A DNA stretch of 64,000 bases from a virus, in IMG/VR virus record IMGVR_UViG_3300046714_000065, positions 2,436 to 66,435 of that record; one strand, given 5' to 3'. Made by a program: the position numbers and the translations under genes. The notes beneath the pieces are model-generated. The model did no database searches. It was not told the DNA's origin and was given only the letters and a program-made list of their open reading frames with translations. Positions 17,245 to 23,804 of this stretch are shown piece by piece (the stretch's first letter is position 1; every line of letters begins with the position of its first letter).

Positions 17245-17328
17245 TGGTGCCCGCGATCGGACTCGAACCGATATGACTTACGTCGAAGGATTTTAAGTCC
17301 TTTGTGTATACCATTTCACCACGCGGGC
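17245..17328 (-). tRNA. tRNA-Leu(TAA)
   Basis: GCCCGCGTGGTGAAATGGTATACACAAAGGACT-TAA-AATCCTT, long variable arm, GGTTCGAGTCC, acceptor stem and CCA. Confidence 0.93.
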
Positions 17329-17337
17329 AATATTCGC

Positions 17338-17637
17338 TTACTTGCTACTAACTCTGACTTTCTTAGGCTTATTACCTCCAGTAACAGTTAATGTTCCAGA
17401 TATGGTAGGCTTAGCATTTTCTTCGACCTCTTCAGGCCTAGGAACATTTTGATCAAAGAACATAACTCTGCTAGGCCGCTTATGAAACTTGTTATGATTC
17501 GTATGCATGAATGCAATCTTACCTGCCTCTGCTATGGCATAAGCTTCAGCCATACCATGACGAACATTTCGCTTGTTATGACGAATCTCTTCACCAATTT
17601 CAAGCAGTCTTAGATTTGCTTTTTCTGCGTATTTCAT
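17338..17637 (-). CDS. hypothetical protein
   Basis: AAGGAG RBS. Confidence 0.55.
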   Translation of the reverse strand: MKYAEKANLRLLEIGEEIRHNKRNVRHGMAEAYAIAEAGKIAFMHTNHNKFHKRPSRVMFFDQNVPRPEEVEENAKPTISGTLTVTGGNKPKKVRVSSK

Positions 17638-18664
17638 TTAGTTTCTCCTTAGACTGTAGTCTATACTCTTTGCCTTTGGCTATCCTACAAGTGTAGCAGT
17701 AGCTTGCAAGATGATTAGGATTACATTTTAGTTGAAAGTTAGCTCTCGGACTTAGCTCCTTACACTCGTTACACATCTTAAGACCTAGGTAGCCAGGTTG
17801 CTCTTTGGTGCTAGCCCTTGACATAGGATCTAGCAGGCCAATGCCTCTCTTTAGCAGCAGTACTTGACGCCTCATTTCTATATACTCTGGAGGTATGATA
17901 ACATCCTTACCATAAGTATGCTTTATGACGCTCTTCATATAGCCATCAGAGACTGTCTCTCGTGCTTTTGTAGAGCTTCTCTTATAAATAGCTGCAATAC
18001 TGCTACGACCTTCTGGCGTACTTAATCTCTCAGCCCTTGTTAAACTCTTCTTGGCTTTTAGAATTGCATATTTCTCTGGATCAGCCTTTAGTAGCCGTTG
18101 TTTCTCCCGTATAACCTCCCGGTTCTTCTCGCGGTAGGCTTGATGATATCCTGCCTTACACTCAGGACATTGCCTTTGCATAGTTGGGAACACATAGGGA
18201 CCTTCTAATGCGCTCTCTGACCAAAATTGCTTATCGCATTTAAAGCAGATGATTTTACCTGTTTTAGTAATCCTGTTAGGCTTAGATTCAGGCTCAGTTA
18301 CTAGCTTACCTTTCCTTTTTAGTCTGTTTACCCTAACCTGATTATTGTGACAAACCTTACAGTAAGGCATCAGGTAGCTAAGACCTAGCTTATTAGGCCT
18401 ATTGTAGAATTCGCTCCTATCCTTAGTTATAAGACAAGACTTGCAGGTCTTGGTATCTACCATATCCGATAGGCTAAGGCGATACTTTTGTTTTTCTTCA
18501 AGAGGTACCCATCGCCTCTTTGAGTCGCATTCCTTACAGTAAGTCCTTATTGCTTCTGGACCAGCTGCAGGTCTAGGACTAAATAGGGTTCTTGCCTTTA
18601 CCTCTAAGCAACAGGGGCATTGCTTATATAAAGACTTCTCAACTTTGCTAAGCTTTACAGCCAT
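17600..18664 (-). CDS. multi-zinc-finger (four C4 modules) basic protein, HNH/EndoVII-associated type, with no evident nuclease core
   Basis: Repeated K.C..C...K....F......YC..C modules; very Lys/Arg rich; GGAGG RBS. Confidence 0.7.
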   Translation of the reverse strand: MAVKLSKVEKSLYKQCPCCLEVKARTLFSPRPAAGPEAIRTYCKECDSKRRWVPLEEKQKYRLSLSDMVDTKTCKSCLITKDRSEFYNRPNKLGLSYLMPYCKVCHNNQVRVNRLKRKGKLVTEPESKPNRITKTGKIICFKCDKQFWSESALEGPYVFPTMQRQCPECKAGYHQAYREKNREVIREKQRLLKADPEKYAILKAKKSLTRAERLSTPEGRSSIAAIYKRSSTKARETVSDGYMKSVIKHTYGKDVIIPPEYIEMRRQVLLLKRGIGLLDPMSRASTKEQPGYLGLKMCNECKELSPRANFQLKCNPNHLASYCYTCRIAKGKEYRLQSKEKLNEIRRKSKSKTA

Positions 18665-18686
18665 ACATAACCTCCGTGCTTAAGTT

Positions 18687-18710
18687 AACAAAGGGCCGAA
18701 GCCCCTTGTT
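18687..18710 (-). terminator. hairpin/intrinsic terminator after the Tas gene
   Basis: AACAAGGGGC-TTCG-GCCCTTTGTT directly after the stop codon (UUCG tetraloop). Confidence 0.65.
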
Positions 18711-19579
18711 TAAGTGCCAGTGTGGTGAGTCATACCCAACTTGCCAATCGAGTACTCATCGTGAACTTCAAGACCTTCAATGCGTCTCCAGTTCAGGTAG
18801 AGATCAACCAGGAACCGCTTTATCATATAGCGGATAGCCATACGGTGACGGTGGAGCTTGGTCTTCTCCTTGTGAGCTGGATGATTCTCCAGTCTGTTTT
18901 TGTAGTTGTAGTACGAGTCCTTGTAAGGCGACTCCTTCACCTTGAGGAAGCATGTCCCCAAGACGTACAACTTGGTCTTCAAGAATGGGTTGAATGTGAT
19001 GCCAACCGTCTCCTTGATCTCACCCTCCTTGTTGGTGTAGGACTTGGGAACTCGATGTTCCTTGATCCGACTACGGCCCTTGTTGTCTTCAGTAACAACG
19101 TCGTATCCAGCAAGCTTCCACAAGCTAGATGGGTAGTTGGCCTTAGTGATGTCGATCTCACTCAGGATAACTGCCGACATGGCTGGACCACAGCCCTTGA
19201 CTTTCAGCAGGAACTCCGTGTAGATCGGGTATTCCATGAGGATCTGCTCTACACGTTTGAAGTGAGTAGCTTCTTGATCTTCCAAGCTAACGTACTGAGC
19301 CAACAAGCAAAGCTCAGTGTAGGAGGAGATCACCTCATCTCCCTTGAAGGTAGCCTGCTTGGGGAAGACCTTCACCCCATCAGTCAACTTCTTGTAGCGC
19401 CGACGAAGATCAACAAGGACTTCTTGCTCTTCTTCCTCCAGTTCTTCTTCTGGATGGCTAGGCGCTTGACCCAACTTGGTCTTGAAGTTCGCGACAATAC
19501 GGTTTCCCGTTTGAATGCGAAGCTTTTGAAGATCATACGCACCACGAACCATAATGCGTACGTTGCTACTTGGTTCCAT
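18710..19579 (-). CDS. TIGR-associated Nop-domain protein, TasA-like (IS110-related RNA-binding fold, no RuvC/HNH)
   Basis: N-terminal coiled coil (YDLQKLRIQTGNRI), VKGCGPAMSAVILSEID..K...PSSLWKLAG (IS110/Nop helix-hairpin), FNPFLKTKL, and Y...K.RL...H.HRMAIRYMIKRFL.DL; adjacent to a 36-nt dual-repeat array. Confidence 0.85.
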   Translation of the reverse strand: MEPSSNVRIMVRGAYDLQKLRIQTGNRIVANFKTKLGQAPSHPEEELEEEEQEVLVDLRRRYKKLTDGVKVFPKQATFKGDEVISSYTELCLLAQYVSLEDQEATHFKRVEQILMEYPIYTEFLLKVKGCGPAMSAVILSEIDITKANYPSSLWKLAGYDVVTEDNKGRSRIKEHRVPKSYTNKEGEIKETVGITFNPFLKTKLYVLGTCFLKVKESPYKDSYYNYKNRLENHPAHKEKTKLHRHRMAIRYMIKRFLVDLYLNWRRIEGLEVHDEYSIGKLGMTHHTGT

Positions 19580-19626
19580 ACTACTTTACTCCTGGGTTGT
19601 AATGTTGCTACTGCACTTACTTAAGT

Positions 19627-21258
19627 TGATTCACAAAAGTAAATTGGGTTACTGGTCCTGTTTGATGCACTCACGGGAACTGGGTTACTCGTTCGTGTTG
19701 ATTCACTTTATTACATTGGGTTCCTTTTAGAAACTGATTCACTTTCGTATCCTGGGTTACAATTTCCAGATGATCCACTCAATGGGAGAGAGTTACTTTT
19801 CTGTTTTGATTTACTATGGCTTCGAGGGTTACATCCCACTCTAGATCCACTTCTACATATTGGGTTACTAACTACTACCGATTCACTTACCTAGCGAGGG
19901 CTAATAGCTGCAGTGGGCTCACTATATCACCTTGGGTTACATGACAATCTTGATACACCTAGCTCCGATGGGTTACTTCGTGATTCTGATTCACTAAGAC
20001 TATCTGGGTTAAGGGGTCTGCATGATACGCATATTCAACTTGGGTTACTTATCCTTGTTGATACACTCGTTCAATTTGGGTTACTGAATTTTGCTGATAC
20101 GCTAATCTCCTTGGGGGGTTATCTCAGGGCTATGACACACTTTCGTGCATTGGGTTACTACTCAAGTTTGATTCACTTCTTCTCTCTGGGTTGCTATGCC
20201 ATTTTGATTCACAAGCGAGCTTAGGTTTGCTCAACGGTGATGGTTCACTGAAAACACTTGGGTTACTCAACTGGATTGATTCACTCTACAACATTGGGTT
20301 AATTGGTCCCGTCTGATTCACTGTGCATCTTTGTATTACTACATTGCGGTGATACACTTACTTCGCCAGGGTGGCTATGTCTCAATGATCCACTAGATGA
20401 CGATGGGTTACTCCGTGTATATGATACACTTAGTTCTTTTGGGTTACTTGTATAGTAGGATTCACTTCGTCAAGGTGGGTTACTGAACAATCCGGATTCA
20501 CTACGTTCTTTTGGGTTACTGTCCGCTTCGGATTAGCATTGCTCCTTTGGTTTACATAGAAGCGCCGACTCACTATTACCTTTTGGGTTACTTAGTTACT
20601 TTGATACACTTTCGTTTGATGGGTTACTTCCTAGTTTCGATACACTTCAAAGCGCTGGGTTACTTCTACTGATTGGTTCGCTTACTCGTTCAGAGTTGCT
20701 ACTCTTCATTGACACGCTCATTCATCTTGGGTTACTACGTTGCTATGACTCGCTAACCTTCTAAGGGTTACTTGTACAGTAGGACTCACTGTTCTACGCT
20801 GGGTTACTGCGCTCACATGATGCACTTTGTTCCAATGGGTTACTCCTATCAAATGATGCACTAACACTATATGGGTTACTCTGGCACTCTGATTCACTGC
20901 ATCCCTTTGAGTTGCTAGGTTCAATTGATGCACTTCTAGCCATTGGGTTACTGAACAAACCTGATTAGCATGCTGCCATTGGATTACTTACGAAGACAGA
21001 CTCACTGTCATAGCTTGGGTTACTAATCACTCTTGATTCACTGCTTGTTATTGGTTTACTCGAATGCCTTGATTCACTCGCGAGCTTTGGGTTACTCTTT
21101 CTTAAGGATTCACTCGTTATGTCTGGGTTACTTCAGATTAATGATACACTACCTTATCTTGGGTTTATCCGCAAGAGTGATACACTCAACTCCTCTGAGT
21201 TACTTTTTCGGAGTGATGCGCTTAGCTTCATTGGGTTACTAACTACGTATGACTAGTC
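19627..21258 (-). ncRNA. TIGR-type (tandem interspaced guide RNA) array, 45 units of 36 nt
   Basis: The plus-strand unit is TGATWCACT-N9-TGGGTTACT-N9. TGGGTTACT-like copies occur at 19645, 19681, 19717 ... 21196 and 21232. The sense-strand repeats are AGTAACCCA and AGTGWATCA. Confidence 0.92.
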
Positions 21259-21597
21259 TCTAATGAGTATTAGATTCTCAATTAGAGTATTAGACTTATC
21301 CTTATCCAGGGGTCTAATCTTGAAGTTACCATGTGGTACATCGTAGTGGTATACCCACACTAAGAAGTCTACACGATACCTATTCTTGTTGATACGTACT
21401 TCTCTGTAGCCAGCACCATTCATGCTACCAGCAGGCTTGCTAATATCAACAGTGATAGCTGGCTTTATTCTCCAATAAAGATTCCCTTCGTTGTAATGAA
21501 ATAGAAAAATTAAAAGATCTTTTGTTATCATGGACCTCTTAATCTTGCTAGTGGCTAATACCTCCATAAGTCTCCTTTGCGAAAAATAAAGAGGCAT
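21253..21597 (-). CDS. HNH_3-like protein with degenerate active site
   Basis: F.Y.EGNLYW...AGS....GY..V.I....Y....LVW and DKSN.LIENL are present, but the His residues are replaced (YRVDFL, IRPLD). Confidence 0.65.
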   Translation of the reverse strand: MPLYFSQRRLMEVLATSKIKRSMITKDLLIFLFHYNEGNLYWRIKPAITVDISKPAGSMNGAGYREVRINKNRYRVDFLVWVYHYDVPHGNFKIRPLDKDKSNTLIENLILIRD

Positions 21598-21611
21598 TAC
21601 GCCTCTCTATT

Positions 21612-22022
21612 CTACTTCGGCAGCAACTGAAAGCTACCAGTCAGAACTCCACCAGCTGAGAGCATTCCAGTGTGCTCTAGTTCGCCCTTAAACACTCTAT
21701 TTGAATCAGAGTTTCTAGCCGACGCCTTCCTGGTGTAGGTCAGGTGTGTGTAGCTAGAGTCTGTCTCTAACAGGCGCTTATTCACAAGGACCCGGAAGAA
21801 GTCAATCGTATCCGATAGAATTAAGCAGTTAAGCTCAAAACTTGGATTCGAATCAACTAGTGCTTGAAGCCTTGGCAGGTCTTCCTGCGTGAAGTTGTAT
21901 GCAAGTGTCACGTGATGGCAGACCTGCACTGGATGAGACTTTGTATACAGCCCCAAGTACCTCTTCCTGCAATCATCATCTAGCACGAACGCCAGGTAGT
22001 GATTACCTAAGGTAACTATCAT
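21612..22022 (-). CDS. 2H phosphoesterase family protein
   Basis: Two HxT motifs (HHVTLAY, THLTY) followed by SN; start reassigned to MIVTLG, which has a GGGAG RBS. Confidence 0.7.
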   Translation of the reverse strand: MIVTLGNHYLAFVLDDDCRKRYLGLYTKSHPVQVCHHVTLAYNFTQEDLPRLQALVDSNPSFELNCLILSDTIDFFRVLVNKRLLETDSSYTHLTYTRKASARNSDSNRVFKGELEHTGMLSAGGVLTGSFQLLPK

Positions 22023-22023
22023 G

Positions 22024-22305
22024 CTAAGCTCCCTTCTGTAGCAGTGTCTGGAGGCAAGAACATTCTTCACTGTCGCCCTTGTACTCAGTGGCAGTGAAGT
22101 AGGGCGCTTTGTTATCAGCGATCCAATGCCGCGCGAGCTCATATTCAGAGCTGAGGGCATCATAGGACTGCTGACTGATTACCTTGCTGGCGACTTCTCT
22201 ACTGCAGCATTCACACCTCGTAACTAGGTAGTAGCTGGCGAGCGTCCGTTCTTCTGCGTAAGCCATGTTCAGCTCCAATCCAGGTCGTTGGCACAGGTCT
22301 CGCAC
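22024..22305 (-). CDS. hypothetical Cys-containing protein
   Basis: ORF; a GGAG RBS precedes the internal Met. Confidence 0.5.
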   Translation of the reverse strand: MRDLCQRPGLELNMAYAEERTLASYYLVTRCECCSREVASKVISQQSYDALSSEYELARHWIADNKAPYFTATEYKGDSEECSCLQTLLQKGA

Positions 22306-22499
22306 TGACTGTTGTCATTCGAGATAAGCAGGATATTGTAGCCATACATCAGCTCCTTCTCTACCTTAGTCCAGCCCTTCTTGATAGCGGCCTTCACTTG
22401 TTCTTTCGTATCAAGGTCTTCCGATGACACTAAGGCACCACATTCAAAGCAGTAGCAGTTGTAAAGTGTTCGCATTGCGTAAGCCATTGTAAGCTCCAA
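22269..22499 (-). CDS. small zinc-finger-like protein
   Basis: CFECG ... CETC. Confidence 0.55.
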   Translation of the reverse strand: MELTMAYAMRTLYNCYCFECGALVSSEDLDTKEQVKAAIKKGWTKVEKELMYGYNILLISNDNSQCETCANDLDWS

Positions 22500-22549
22500 T
22501 AATTGTGTTGCGAAAAATAAAGGTGTTTAACCTTTACTTCCAAAGCCCA

Positions 22550-22816
22550 TTAGTAGCGGCTCAGACGGCTGATAGCATTCTCAGCATCTTCCTTGCTAAT
22601 GGCCAACTTGAACTTGTGATCCAGTTGAACCATAGCGATTGCACGTTCCACTTCCTTGAAGTAGGTAACGTCAGTGCAGACTTCCTTGAACTCGTCAAAG
22701 GCACGATTCAAGGCTTCCTTGCTGTCAACAAGGTTAAACTCGTGATGCAACTTGATTGCACCAATAACGCGCTCGTTAGCGTTGACGAAGGCGAGCGTGG
22801 GGGTAGCGTAGGTCAT
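22550..22816 (-). CDS. first early protein, hypothetical, with an internal duplication
   Basis: Its TAGGAGATTTACC-ATG leader is identical to that of the 13267 gene; KLHHEFNLVDSKE / QLDHKFKLAISKE repeat. Confidence 0.65.
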   Translation of the reverse strand: MTYATPTLAFVNANERVIGAIKLHHEFNLVDSKEALNRAFDEFKEVCTDVTYFKEVERAIAMVQLDHKFKLAISKEDAENAISRLSRY

Positions 22817-22987
22817 GGTAAATCTCCTAAGGGTTAAGTTGAATTCAGACCATTTAAACACTCATTCAGAATGCTTAAGTGGTCCCACCATATTTCAGAT
22901 GGGTTCCTTTTTCGGGGTGCTACCCAGGTTATACAAAGGAATAACCAGACCAACATAGTACAAACAGTTCTACATAAAGATCTCTCT

Positions 22988-23012
22988 TCATATAAGATGG
23001 GTATATTTGCGC
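22988..23012 (-). promoter_or_regulatory. putative phage promoter, copy 1 (GCGCA-N7-CCATCTTATATGA)
   Basis: Third copy of the motif, at the head of the early region. Confidence 0.6.
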
Positions 23013-23204
23013 GTGAGTTTCGACCCAATTTTCACTTGGCGGAAACGGAAGCTGAACCTTGCCCCGTTAGCTGTAGGACTCTATGTGCAAAGTACCGCCG
23101 AAGAATTTTCCGTGGTCCGTTTTGTTGCCACGATTTTTCGGCTGTCACTTCTATCAACCCTTTTCTCTACAATTTCTAAATTACAAACTGTACAGAAAAA
23201 GATT

Positions 23205-23232
23205 AAAAGGGGCAGCTGTTTAGACTGCCCTT
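23205..23232 (-). terminator. intrinsic terminator ending the structural operon
   Basis: GGGCAG-TCTAAACAG-CTGCCC followed by CTTTTAATCTTTTT on the minus strand. Confidence 0.75.
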
Positions 23233-23246
23233 CTTAACACGACTGA

Positions 23247-23591
23247 TTAAGGAATAGGGTCTACTACTGGTCCAGGAGGAATCGGTGGTGCTGGCGTCCA
23301 AGGTACACCTGATACTGTAGTAGGATTTTTATAAGTCTCAACTTCAGCGAGCACACTTGTTTCTAGTTGGGCTTGAGCTTCAGAGCCCATAATTGCTTTA
23401 GTAGCTTCAATAGCTTGCTCTTCAGTAATATCTGAATAAGTACCAAATAAGTCAGCCTGTACTTCAGGTACAGATACTACACCATAGCGGTAGGCTGAAT
23501 ATGGACCGTCTACATGCATCAATGTCCAGTGTGCTTCAAGTACACGACCTGTAGCAATCTCTGCTTTCAGCTGTACAACATGATATTCCAT
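23247..23591 (-). CDS. tail fibre-associated protein (putative)
   Basis: Y.DITEEQ.I...K..MG.E....LE..V........P...SGVPW pattern often found after fibre genes. Confidence 0.55.
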   Translation of the reverse strand: MEYHVVQLKAEIATGRVLEAHWTLMHVDGPYSAYRYGVVSVPEVQADLFGTYSDITEEQAIEATKAIMGSEAQAQLETSVLAEVETYKNPTTVSGVPWTPAPPIPPGPVVDPIP

Positions 23592-23601
23592 AGTGATTCC
23601 T

Positions 23602-23790
23602 TTATAGGTTGAGACGTACTACTGGTACATTGCCAAGTAGCATACCTAGCAAGATGAGTATCATAATAATAATTATTACTACTTGAGCTATTTTAAGAAA
23701 TGGTTGAGGCAAAGGAATCATTGTGAATACATACCAGATAAGTCCAAAGATAAGAACTAGAATTAGAATAGTGATTAGCAGATTGATCAT
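23602..23790 (-). CDS. two-TM membrane protein, possible holin
   Basis: Two hydrophobic helices around IPLPQPF; AAGGAG RBS. Confidence 0.5.
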   Translation of the reverse strand: MINLLITILILVLIFGLIWYVFTMIPLPQPFLKIAQVVIIIIMILILLGMLLGNVPVVRLNL

Positions 23791-23804
23791 ACAGCTCCTT
23801 TGTG

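Noticed and set aside
18710-19579. IS110/IS1111 transposase or insertion sequence
   Set aside because: There is no N-terminal DEDD RuvC domain, no catalytic Ser loop and no IS ends; the adjacent array fits TIGR rather than a bridge RNA.
18722-19624. 300-aa plus-strand ORF
   Set aside because: Antisense shadow of the tas gene; no motifs.
19913-21242. ORFs inside the array (19913-20224 +, 20718-20933 -, 21033-21242 +)
   Set aside because: These are by-products of a 36-nt period (recurring LGY/IH residues). They lack an RBS, and the array contains stops and frame-breaking indels.
19627-21258. CRISPR array
   Set aside because: The repeats are two alternating 9-mers with 9-nt spacers, not 23-50-nt repeats with spacers of about 30 nt, and there are no cas genes.
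2078-22835. AACCC just upstream of several RBSs (about 2095, 13975, 15812, 19594, 22831) as dispersed TIGR repeats
   Set aside because: The motif is too short, lacks the partner repeat and the 9-nt spacing, and A/C-rich pre-SD sequence is common.
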